Shown here: positions 18,401 to 26,415 of the stretch, one piece after another
Position numbering within the stretch: position 1 is the first letter of the stretch
Layout: each line of letters starts with the position of its first letter
Assembly: GCF_049645325.1 (NCBI RefSeq)
Contig: NZ_JBARTQ010000245.1
Span: 4,447 to 68,446, forward strand
Source: Pseudomonas sp.
GTDB lineage: Bacteria > Pseudomonadota > Gammaproteobacteria > Pseudomonadales > Pseudomonadaceae
Direction of reading: 5' to 3'
DNA: 64,000 nucleotides
Translations under genes and position numbers: made by a program
Notes under the pieces: generated by a model
What the model was told of the DNA's origin: nothing
Databases searched by the model: none
What the model saw: only the letters and a program-made list of their open reading frames with translations

Positions 18401-21400
18401 TGTCAGCGATCAGGCAGGCAATGCCGGTGCAGGCACTACCGCCTCTAATAACTATGCGGTCGATACCACTCGGCCAACCGCGACCGTCGTGGTGGCCAAT
18501 GCCGCTTTGGCCCTCGGTCAGACCTCCGTGGTGACGATCACCTTCAGTGAAGCGGTGACCGGGTTCACCAATGCCGACCTGACCATCGCCAACGGTTCGT
18601 TGTCCGCCGTGAGCAGCAGTGACGGCGGCATCACGTGGACGGCAACCTTCACGCCGTCGGCAAACATCACTGATACCACCAATATCATTACGCTGGATAA
18701 CACCGGTGTCAGCGACACGGCGGGCAATGCCGGAACGGGCACCACCTATTCCAATAACTACAGCATCGACACCCAGCGGCCCACCGCGACCATCGTGCTT
18801 GCAGACCCGGTATTGACCGCCGGCGAAACCTCGCGGGTGACCATCACGTTCAGCGAGGCGGTGAGCGGTTTCACGAATGCCGACCTGACGGTTCCCAATG
18901 GCACCTTGACGGCGGTCAGCAGCAGCGATGGCGGTGTTACCTGGACCGCCACCTTCACCCCAACGACAGGCGTCAACGACGCCACCAACATCATCACCCT
19001 GGCCAACACCGGCATCGCCGACCTGGCCGGCAATGTCGGGTCGGGCACCTCAAACTCGGCGAACTACACGATCGACACCGTACTGCCGACGGCGACCATC
19101 GTGGTCGCGGACAACGCGCTGAACATTGGCGAAACCTCGCGGGTGACCATCACGTTCAGCGAGGCGGTGACCGGTTTCAGCAATGCCGACTTGACCGTTG
19201 CCAACGGCACCTTGACGGCCGTGAGCAGCAGTGACGGCGGTGTCACCTGGACGGCTACCCTGACGCCAACCACCGCCATCACCGACGCGTCCAACCTGAT
19301 CGTGCTCGACAACAGCGGCGTGCAGAACGGCTCGGGCAATATCGGCAGCGGCACCACGAACTCCAACAATTACGCCATCGACACCCAGCGCCCAACGGCG
19401 ACAATCGTGGTCGGCAACGATCACTTGGGGATTGGCGGTACCTCCACGGTCACCATTACCTTCAGTGAGGCGGTAAGCGGGCTCACCAACGCCGACCTGA
19501 CCGTCGATAACGGTATCGTCAGTGGCTTGACCACCAGCGACAACATCACCTACACCGCGACCCTGACGCCCACGGGCAACATCACCCAAGCCAACAACCA
19601 TGTGGTTCTCGACAATTCAGGCGTGGCTGATGTCGCCGGCAACAGCGGCGCCGGCACTACCAGCTCTAACGTTTACGCTGTCGACAGCGTAAGGCCGACG
19701 GCAACCATCGTGGTAGCAAGCCCGACCCTGGCTGCCGGGCAGACCTCATTGGTGACCATCACCTTCAGTGAAGCGGTTACGGGGTTCGACAACAGCGACC
19801 TGAGTGTGCCCAACGGCACCCTCTCGGCGGTGAGCAGCGCGGACGGCGGCATAACCTGGACGGCCACGTTTACCCCGACCAATGGGGTTCACGACACCAC
19901 CAACCTGATCACCCTGAATAACCCGGGCGTCAGCGATCTGGCCGGTAATACGGGCACGGGCGTCACCAACTCCGGCAACTTCACCATTGACACCGTACAA
20001 CCGACCGCGACTATCGTGGTGGCGGACAGCGCTTTGAAAGCCGGTGACACCTCATTGGTCACCGTCACCTTCAGCGAAGCAGTGAGCGGGTTCAGCAATG
20101 CCGACCTGACCGTTGCCAACGGTACGTTGACGGGTTTGAGCAGCAGCGACGGCGGCATCACCTGGACGGCTACCTTCACGCCGACCAGCAACATCACCGA
20201 CACGACCAACCTGATCACGCTGGATAACACCGGCGTGACGAACGCCTCCGGCAACGTCGGCAGTGGCACCACCGATTCGAACAATTACAGCATCGACACG
20301 CAACGGCCGACGGCAACCATCGTGGTCGCCAACAACGGCTTGAACATCGGCGCAACCTCGTTGGTGACCATCACCTTCAGCGAGGCCGTGAGCGGCTTCA
20401 CCAACGCCGACCTGACGGTCGCCGATGGCACCCTGAGCAACGTCAGCAGCAGTGACGGCGGGATCACCTGGACTGCCACCTTGACACCCGCCAATGGCGT
20501 GACCCACACCAGTGATGTGATCACGCTGAACAATGCCGGTATCAACGATCTGGCCGGCAACACAGGCGCGGGCACCACGACGTCCAACACCTACAGCGTC
20601 GACACCCAGCCACCAACGGCCTCAATCGTGGTCGCCAGCTCCACCTTGGCCATCGGCCAAACCTCGTTGGTGACCATCACCTTCAGTGAAGCGGTTACGG
20701 GGTTCGACAACAGCGACCTGAGTGTGCCCAACGGTACGTTGAGCGCGGTGAGCAGCAGCGATGGCGGCATCACCTGGACAGCGACCTTTACCCCGACCAG
20801 CAACATTCACGACACCACCAATGTGGTCAGCCTGAACAATTCCGGGGTCGCCGACCTGGCCGGCAACGCGGGTGCGGGCGTGACCAACTCGGGTAATTTC
20901 AGCATCGATACCGTGCGGCCAACGGCAACCATCGTGGTCGCCGACAGTGCGTTAAGCGTGGGCGAGACCTCATCCGTCACGATCACCTTCAGCGAAGCGG
21001 TCACCGGCTTCACCAACGCCGACCTGATCACCGCCAACGGCACCTTGAGTGCGGTGAGCAGCAGTGACGGCGGCATCACGTGGACGGCAACCTTCACGCC
21101 CACCAACGCGATCACCGACACCAGCAACGTGATCACCCTGGACAACAGCGGTGTGCAGAATGCATCCGGCAATGCCGGCAGCGGCACCACCGATTCCAAC
21201 AATTACGCCATCGACACCCAGCGGCCGACGGCAAGCATCGTCGTCGCCAACACTGGCCTGAACATTGGCGCAACCTCGCGGGTGACCATCACCTTCAGCG
21301 AGGCCGTGAGCGGCTTTACCAACGCCGACCTGACCGTCGCCGATGGCACCTTGAGCAACGTGAGCAGCAGTGACGGCGGGATCACCTGGACCGCTACCCT

Positions 21401-23294
21401 GACGCCAACCGGCGGCGTAACCCATACCGGCGACGTCATCACGCTGAACAATGCCGGTGTTAACGACCTGGCCGGCAACAGCGGCGCGGGCTCCACCCAG
21501 TCGAATGACTACAACGTCGATACCCAGGCGCCGACCGCCACGGTCGTGATCGCCAACCCGACCCTGGCCCTTGGCCAAACGTCCGTGGTGACCATCACCT
21601 TCAGTGAGGCCGTCAGCGGGTTCGACAACAACGACCTCAGCGTGCCTAACGGCAGCCTGTCGGCGGTGAGCAGCGCGGATGGCGGTGTGACCTGGACGGC
21701 GACCTTTACCCCGACCCGCAACATTCACGACACCACCAACCTGATCACCCTGAACAACACCGGGGTTGCAGACCTGGCCGGCAACGCGGGCACGGGCATG
21801 ACCGGTTCGGGCAATTTCAGCATCGACACCGTGCAGCCGACCGCGACCGTCGTGGTCGATCACAGCGCCCTCAAAGTCGGCGAGACCGCCCAAGTGACCA
21901 TCACCTTCAGCGAGGCGGTCAACGGTTTCACGACCGCTGACCTGAGTGTGGCCAATGGCAGCCTGAGCAATCTCGCTTCCAGCGACGGCGGCGTGACCTG
22001 GACCGCGACGCTGACGCCGACGGCCAACATCACCGACACCAGCAACATGATCACGCTGGACAACAGCGGCGTGCAGAACGCCTCGGGCAATGCGGGCAGC
22101 GGCACCACCGACTCCAACAACTACGCCATCGACACCCAGCGCCCGACGGCAACGATTTCTGTGGCCAACGGCACCCTTGGCATCGGGCAAACCACCACGG
22201 TTACGATCGCCTTCAGTGAGGCTGTCACCGGCTTCAACCTCTCGCAACTGAGCGTGGCCAATGGCGTGCTGTCCGGCCTGGCAAGCCTGGACGGCGGCAA
22301 AACCTGGACGGCCACCCTGACGCCAACCGCCGCCATTACCGACGCGACCAACCTGGTTGTGCTCGACAGCAGCCAGGTCAGCGACGCCGCCGGAAACGCC
22401 GGCAGCGGCATTGCGATCTCCAATAACTACGCAATCGACGGCGAACGCCCCACTGCGACCATCAGCATTGCCAACCCGAACCTGACTGTCGGCCAGACCA
22501 CCACCGTAACCTTCGCCTTCAGCGAGAAAGTCTCCGGCTTCAACCTGGATGACTTGAGCGTAGCCAGTGGCACGCTCTCTAACCTGGCGAGCAGCGACGG
22601 CGGCAAGACCTGGACCGCCACCCTCACGCCGACAGCCAACCTCAACGACCCGAGCAACTTCATCACCCTCGATACCCGCCTGGTGACGGACCTGTCGGGC
22701 AATGCGGGCAACGGCTATGCCAACTCCAATAACTACGCGATCAACACCGTCACGCTGACCGGCGACCCCCTGTTCCGCGTCACTGACCCGGCACCGCCCC
22801 AGGGCGCACCGAACGTGCCATTGCAGCCGATCATTTTTAGCCCGCCGGCGGGCAGTCTCGGCTCACCGCTCGGTTTCCCGCCGCTGTTCGAGCAGCGTGA
22901 AGTCGGCGCAGGGTTGCCGCCGATCGGCAGTATCTTTATCCACAACGGTGCTACGGCGCCCAGCTTTATCGCCCAGGTGTTCAGCACCAACGGCAGTGGA
23001 GACGGCAGCGGCAAAGGCTTCCTCGGCTTTGGCGGCGGCGATGGCGGCGTGTTTGGTTCAAGCACCTTGTCGAGTCTGTTCAACCGTGAAACCGGCGGCG
23101 AAAACAGCTCACTCAACGCGTTCGACAACAAACCTATCAAAGGCCAGGGCGACCCGGCCCAAGGGCTGCGCGGCGTATTCGGCGCGCCGACCCTCGGCCA
23201 GCAATTGCAACAGCTCAAAGACACCGAACAACGCCAGGTGATTGACCTGGCGAAGGCACTGCAACAGGTCGGCATCAGCGAAATGCAGGCCTGA
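15414..23294 (+). CDS. Giant (~2,626 aa) surface/secreted repeat protein: LEPRxLFDGA motif, DUF4347 domain, beta-helix-like and Gly-rich region, 18 bacterial Ig-like repeats, and a Pro/Gly-rich C-terminus
   Basis: This is a single uninterrupted ORF (GTG 15405 or ATG 15414). The LEPRMLFDGA motif is at 15486-15515. The DUF4347 hallmark is present (VLFVDARVKD...VQVIAHGNAGDLWLG...ILIYACYTA...LTGRDVAASTNRTG). There are 18 repeats of ~102 aa. No Sec signal peptide is present. Confidence 0.9.
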   Translation: MWWSNRKSRGTQALQARVSPMIMHLEPRMLFDGAVAATVAEAAQPDSHPTADAAKPPTADHPTVSKDTHGQADAPAVSPVAVPGQTVLFVDARVKDSASLLQGVAPGTQVVQLDASKDGLQQIADYLDTHQGVSSVQVIAHGNAGDLWLGTTYLSADNVAARSAVLGQIGKDMNVGGDILIYACYTAEGQRGVDFVDSLAALTGRDVAASTNRTGVGGDWNLEIATGSIESANVLSTKAMSEYQWGLATWTATNNLDSGANSLRAELALAQNGDIVTFSASMTVNLNSELLVNKNITIDGDLNNDGVADVTLSGQYKTRVIEVASGSTVVLDGLVITKGLAAGDGANSGFTAGNALGGGILNAGNLTLRNVTVTANAASGGGGGGGVTPIYAGGSGGGGGGVGGAGGGSGGNTTAQGRPTYFGTAGGSGAGGIGGSYDSVHLGGRGGAVSGAGGTGGTSGASGYSVGGNGGTAGIGGITVGGGGGGSGWNKVGGIGGSAAGGIYNSGTLTVVGTSHITGNIAAGGGGGGGGGLASYGGSVDNGGAAGQGIGGIWNKGTLLITAANFSALSGNVGGSGSGGGASGGGTNGSSPTAVTNLRNDGTLNQNFIEPPTATIVVADTTLSIGETSLVTITFSTAVTGFTNADLTVANGSLSAVSSGDGGITWTATFTPNSAISDNTNLITLDNTGVQSVTGSVVGVGTSESNNYIVDTIRPTASIVVADTSLVIGETSLVTITFSEAVTGFTNADLTIANGTLSNVSSSDGGTTWTATLTPTSSVNDATNLITLNNSGVNDIAGNAGSGNTDSNNYAVNTVRPTATVVVADTVLAIGETSLVTITFSEAVTGFTTADLTVANGSVSGLSSSDGGVTWTGTLTPTNSITDTTNVVTLDNTGVSNQAGNAGSGSTNSNNYAVDTQRPTATVLVANSSLAIGQSSQVTITFSEAVSGFTNADLTVANGSLSAVSSSDGGITWTATLTPSAAVTDSTNLITLTNSGVSDQAGNAGAGTTASNNYAVDTTRPTATVVVANAALALGQTSVVTITFSEAVTGFTNADLTIANGSLSAVSSSDGGITWTATFTPSANITDTTNIITLDNTGVSDTAGNAGTGTTYSNNYSIDTQRPTATIVLADPVLTAGETSRVTITFSEAVSGFTNADLTVPNGTLTAVSSSDGGVTWTATFTPTTGVNDATNIITLANTGIADLAGNVGSGTSNSANYTIDTVLPTATIVVADNALNIGETSRVTITFSEAVTGFSNADLTVANGTLTAVSSSDGGVTWTATLTPTTAITDASNLIVLDNSGVQNGSGNIGSGTTNSNNYAIDTQRPTATIVVGNDHLGIGGTSTVTITFSEAVSGLTNADLTVDNGIVSGLTTSDNITYTATLTPTGNITQANNHVVLDNSGVADVAGNSGAGTTSSNVYAVDSVRPTATIVVASPTLAAGQTSLVTITFSEAVTGFDNSDLSVPNGTLSAVSSADGGITWTATFTPTNGVHDTTNLITLNNPGVSDLAGNTGTGVTNSGNFTIDTVQPTATIVVADSALKAGDTSLVTVTFSEAVSGFSNADLTVANGTLTGLSSSDGGITWTATFTPTSNITDTTNLITLDNTGVTNASGNVGSGTTDSNNYSIDTQRPTATIVVANNGLNIGATSLVTITFSEAVSGFTNADLTVADGTLSNVSSSDGGITWTATLTPANGVTHTSDVITLNNAGINDLAGNTGAGTTTSNTYSVDTQPPTASIVVASSTLAIGQTSLVTITFSEAVTGFDNSDLSVPNGTLSAVSSSDGGITWTATFTPTSNIHDTTNVVSLNNSGVADLAGNAGAGVTNSGNFSIDTVRPTATIVVADSALSVGETSSVTITFSEAVTGFTNADLITANGTLSAVSSSDGGITWTATFTPTNAITDTSNVITLDNSGVQNASGNAGSGTTDSNNYAIDTQRPTASIVVANTGLNIGATSRVTITFSEAVSGFTNADLTVADGTLSNVSSSDGGITWTATLTPTGGVTHTGDVITLNNAGVNDLAGNSGAGSTQSNDYNVDTQAPTATVVIANPTLALGQTSVVTITFSEAVSGFDNNDLSVPNGSLSAVSSADGGVTWTATFTPTRNIHDTTNLITLNNTGVADLAGNAGTGMTGSGNFSIDTVQPTATVVVDHSALKVGETAQVTITFSEAVNGFTTADLSVANGSLSNLASSDGGVTWTATLTPTANITDTSNMITLDNSGVQNASGNAGSGTTDSNNYAIDTQRPTATISVANGTLGIGQTTTVTIAFSEAVTGFNLSQLSVANGVLSGLASLDGGKTWTATLTPTAAITDATNLVVLDSSQVSDAAGNAGSGIAISNNYAIDGERPTATISIANPNLTVGQTTTVTFAFSEKVSGFNLDDLSVASGTLSNLASSDGGKTWTATLTPTANLNDPSNFITLDTRLVTDLSGNAGNGYANSNNYAINTVTLTGDPLFRVTDPAPPQGAPNVPLQPIIFSPPAGSLGSPLGFPPLFEQREVGAGLPPIGSIFIHNGATAPSFIAQVFSTNGSGDGSGKGFLGFGGGDGGVFGSSTLSSLFNRETGGENSSLNAFDNKPIKGQGDPAQGLRGVFGAPTLGQQLQQLKDTEQRQVIDLAKALQQVGISEMQA
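17244..22751 (+). repeat. In-frame tandem array of 18 x ~306 bp (Ig-like domain repeats), with a 918-bp (3-unit) higher-order periodicity in its distal two thirds
   Basis: Each unit starts with (R/Q/P)PTA(T/S)(I/V)VVA and ends with SNNY.(I/V)DT. Antisense shadow ORFs recur at exactly 918-nt spacing (19673/20591/21509, 19889/20807, 20285/21203). Confidence 0.9.
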
Positions 23295-23335
23295 ACATAC
23301 TTAACTCAAGGCGCAGGAACAGGGGCGGTCCAAGG

Positions 23336-24850
23336 ATGAAAACAGGTCATAAATTGTTCGGCGCCAGCCTGCTGGCGCTGGCGATCAGCGGTTGTGCGGT
23401 CACCAGCGAGCCGATTGAACGCAGTGTCAGTGAGCAGCGAGCCCGCAGCGATCTGCAAGGCATGTACAAGGACCAGGAACCGCTGAGCGGCCCGCTGACG
23501 CTGCACCAGGCCATGGCCCGCGCCGTCAAGTACAACCTCGAAGGCCGCCTGAAAGTCATGGAGGAAGCCCTGGCCAAGCGCCAATCGGACCTCTCAAGCT
23601 TCGACATGCTGCCGCGCATGGCGCTGTCCGCAGGCTACGCCGGGCGCAACAACACCAACGCCTCCAGCAGCCAGAGCGTGCTCACCGGCACCCAGTCCCT
23701 GGAACCGTCGACGTCCCAGGACCGCGACCGACGCGTGGCCGACCTGACCATGGTCTGGAACGTGCTCGACTTCGGCGTCAGCTACATCAGCGCCAAGCAG
23801 CAAGGCGACCAGCGCCTGATCATTCAGGAACGCCGGCGCAAGGTGATCAACACCATCGTGCAGGACGTGCGCTCGGCCTATTGGCGCGCAGTAGCGGCTG
23901 AACGTTTGCTGACCCAGATCGACAGCCTGATGGCGCGGGTTGACCAAGCCCAGACCAACAGCCAGAGCATGAGCGAGCAGCGCATCGGCGACCCGGTGCA
24001 GGCATTGGGTTACCAGCGCTCGCTGATCGAAGCCACGCGCCAATTGCAGGAACAGCGCCGCGCCTTGTCGTTGGCCAAGACCGAACTCGCGACTTTGATC
24101 AACCTGCCAATGGGCACCGACCTCAAGCTGGCAACGCCCGATAACTACAGCGTGCCAGAGCTCAAGGTCAACCTGGCCAGCCTGGAGCAGGAAGCCCTGG
24201 CCAACCGCCCGGAACTGCGCGAGCAGGACTACCAGACCCGCATCAGCGCCGCCGAAACCCGCAAAGCCATGCTGCGCCTGCTGCCGGGCCTGGAGTTCTC
24301 GGCGGGCGGGCATTACGACAGCAACTCGTTCCTGACCGACAACCGCTGGGCCGACTACGGCGCCAAGATCACCTGGAACCTGTTCAACGTGATCTCCGCA
24401 CCCGCCGCCATCGATGTCGCCAAGGCCGGTGAAGAAGTCGCCACCGCGCGGCGCCAGGCGATGTCCATCGCCGTGCTGGCGCAGGTCTACGTGGCCAACG
24501 CCAACTACCAGGACGCCGTGCGCCAGTTCAAGACCAACGACCAGTTGGCCAACATCGACGGGCAAATCCTCACGCAACTGCGCAACCGCCACGAGGCGGC
24601 GGGCCTTGGCGAACTCGACCTGATCCAGGGCGAACTCAACACCCTGCAAGCTGACCTGCGCCGTGACCTGGCCTACGCCGACCTGCGCAACGCTTACGGC
24701 CAGATCTTCGCCAGCGCCGGGCTCGACCCACTGCCCGAACAGCTGGATTCCGACCGCGTACAGGCCATCGCCACCGCGCTGGCCAGTCGCGAATCAGCCT
24801 GGGCCGCCGGCAATATCACCCCGCCGGTGCCGCGTGCCGTCGCCCAGTAA
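23336..24850 (+). CDS. TolC-family outer-membrane efflux/secretion lipoprotein
   Basis: 504 aa, starting 41 nt after the giant gene. It has a lipobox (LALAISGC) and a two-repeat TolC-like helical/barrel sequence. Confidence 0.85.
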   Translation: MKTGHKLFGASLLALAISGCAVTSEPIERSVSEQRARSDLQGMYKDQEPLSGPLTLHQAMARAVKYNLEGRLKVMEEALAKRQSDLSSFDMLPRMALSAGYAGRNNTNASSSQSVLTGTQSLEPSTSQDRDRRVADLTMVWNVLDFGVSYISAKQQGDQRLIIQERRRKVINTIVQDVRSAYWRAVAAERLLTQIDSLMARVDQAQTNSQSMSEQRIGDPVQALGYQRSLIEATRQLQEQRRALSLAKTELATLINLPMGTDLKLATPDNYSVPELKVNLASLEQEALANRPELREQDYQTRISAAETRKAMLRLLPGLEFSAGGHYDSNSFLTDNRWADYGAKITWNLFNVISAPAAIDVAKAGEEVATARRQAMSIAVLAQVYVANANYQDAVRQFKTNDQLANIDGQILTQLRNRHEAAGLGELDLIQGELNTLQADLRRDLAYADLRNAYGQIFASAGLDPLPEQLDSDRVQAIATALASRESAWAAGNITPPVPRAVAQ

Positions 24851-24854
24851 CCTG

Positions 24855-25445
24855 GTGGCGCCGACGGCGAGCGTCACTCGCCGTCAACGCGAGGCGCGCA
24901 ACGGGCATCTCGGCGTGGCGATCCTGCTCACCGGGCTGCCGGCCTCCGGCAAGTCCACCCTGGCCCAGGGCCTGCAGGCGGCGCTGTTCGAACAGGGCCG
25001 GCAAAGTCTCGTACTCGACGGCGATGCCTTGCGCGGCGGCCTCAATAAAGACCTGGGGTTCGCCGACAGCGACCGCCTGGAAAACATCCGCCGCGCCAGC
25101 GAACTCGCGGCGTTGCTGGTGGACAACGGGCACATCGTGATTCTCGCGATGATCGCGCCGCTGGTCGAACTGCGCGCGGTATTCGCCGAGCGCCTTGGCG
25201 CGGATTATCGCGAAGTGTGGTGCAGCGCCTCATTGGCGGTGTGCGAAGGGCGCGACCCCAAAGGGCATTACGCACGGGCGCGCAGGGGCGAGCTGCCGGG
25301 GTTTACCGGTATCGGTTCGCCGTACGAAGCGCCGCCGCACGCGTCGCTGGTGCTCGACACTGGCGCGTTATCGGCGCAGCAGTGCGTCGAGCGGCTATTG
25401 GCCTGGCTGGCACCTGAACTAGACTCTGGGGAATCGTTTTCTTAG
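24855..25445 (+). CDS. cysC: Adenylyl-sulfate (APS) kinase, stand-alone
   Basis: The P-loop GLPASGKST is at 24933-24959, followed by LDGDALRGGLNKDLGFADSDRLENIRR, the APS kinase signature. GTG 24855 lies 4 nt after the TolC stop. The start is moderately uncertain. Confidence 0.85.
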   Translation: MAPTASVTRRQREARNGHLGVAILLTGLPASGKSTLAQGLQAALFEQGRQSLVLDGDALRGGLNKDLGFADSDRLENIRRASELAALLVDNGHIVILAMIAPLVELRAVFAERLGADYREVWCSASLAVCEGRDPKGHYARARRGELPGFTGIGSPYEAPPHASLVLDTGALSAQQCVERLLAWLAPELDSGESFS

Positions 25446-25454
25446 GAGTCCACC

Positions 25455-25700
25455 ATGGAATCGCCTGTGCACAGCTTGCCGTCACTGTTCAAACAGCTCG
25501 GGCTGCCGGATGACCCGGTGAGCATTGAGAAATTTGTGGCCGTCCATTCACCACTTAAACCGGAGCTGCACCTGGCGGATGCGTTTTTCTGGACGGATAG
25601 CCAGAAGGCGTTTTTGCGCGAGGAGATTTTGGAGGACGCGGATTGGGCTGAGGTGGTGGATGAGTTGAATGTGCTATTGCGCTCTGGGCGAAACTTGTAA
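25455..25700 (+). CDS. DUF2789-family small protein
   Basis: 81 aa, starting 9 nt after the cysC stop. The sequence (LPSLFKQLGLPDDPVSIEKFV..H.PL......LADAFFWT.SQ..FL) matches my recollection of DUF2789. Confidence 0.7.
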   Translation: MESPVHSLPSLFKQLGLPDDPVSIEKFVAVHSPLKPELHLADAFFWTDSQKAFLREEILEDADWAEVVDELNVLLRSGRNL

Positions 25701-25720
25701 GCACAGGGGAACGATAAAAT

Positions 25721-25808
25721 GTGGGAGCTGGCTTGCCTGCGATAGCGCACTGTCAGTCGACATCTACCTCGACTGATTCACCGCCGTCGCAGGCAAGCCG
25801 GCTCCCAC
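25721..25808. repeat. REP-type extragenic palindrome (copy 1 of 3)
   Basis: The left arm GTGGGAGCTGGCTTGCCTGCGAT (25721-25743) pairs with the right arm GTCGCAGGCAAGCCGGCTCCCAC (25786-25808). The same arms recur at 40044-40130 and 61766-61863. Confidence 0.85.
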
Positions 25809-25968
25809 AGGCATTTTGTATCGCTGAAAATCCAACACCCACGCTCAAACCCGCTTTACTTACCCACACCCGCGCACCACCCATCCTTAAATTTGTATCA
25901 AAACTTGACGGCATTGGATCCATCCACCATATTGATAGTTAGCAAACTAACTGTATGCGAACAATCCA

Positions 25969-26415
25969 GTGTCTCAAACCCTCGAACAACTCCAGATGAA
26001 CCTCAGCAGCAGCATGGTGGTGGGCGCCCGTAACTGGCGCAAAATCTGCCAGACCACGCTGGTGAGCTATGGAATTTCCGAAGCCTGCGCCGTGCCGTTG
26101 CTGATGATCGGGCGCTTGGGCGACGGGGTGCATCAGGTAAAAGTCGCCCAGGCGTCCGGGATGGAAAGCCCGTCGCTGGTGCGCCTGCTCGACCAGCTGT
26201 GCGCGGGCGGCTATGTGTGCCGCACCGAAGACGTACACGACCGCCGCGCCAAGGCCTTGAGCCTCACCGAGCGTGGCCGTGAGCTGGTGCACGCGGTGGA
26301 AGTGCAACTGGTGCGCCTGCGCCAGGAAGTACTGGCCGACATCGCCCACGATGACCTTGAAGCCGCGCTGCGCGTACTGCGAGCCTTCGAAGCGGCCGAG
26401 GTGATGACCCCTTGA
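25969..26415 (+). CDS. MarR-family transcriptional regulator
   Basis: 148 aa with a GTG start. The winged-helix region is present (HQVKVAQASGMESPSLVRLLDQLCAGGYVCRTEDVHDRRAKALSLTERG). It is the first gene of the FUSC efflux operon and overlaps the next gene by 4 nt. Confidence 0.85.
   Translation: MSQTLEQLQMNLSSSMVVGARNWRKICQTTLVSYGISEACAVPLLMIGRLGDGVHQVKVAQASGMESPSLVRLLDQLCAGGYVCRTEDVHDRRAKALSLTERGRELVHAVEVQLVRLRQEVLADIAHDDLEAALRVLRAFEAAEVMTP

Noticed and set aside
17228-22711. A ladder of ~70-131-aa minus-strand ORFs at a regular 306/918-nt spacing inside the giant gene.
   Set aside because: They are antisense shadows of the in-frame Ig-like tandem repeat. The periodicity is a property of the + strand coding repeat, not of separate genes.
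17244-22751. Whether the regular repeats could be a CRISPR array or a satellite.
   Set aside because: The units are 306 bp and contiguous with no spacers. They are diverged at the protein level in a domain-like pattern and lie within one uninterrupted 7.9-kb reading frame.
25721-25942. The ORFs 25721-25942 and 40043-40258 (MGAGLPAIA... / MWELACLRW...).
   Set aside because: They are translations of the REP palindromes and adjacent spacer, with no RBS and repeat-derived sequence.
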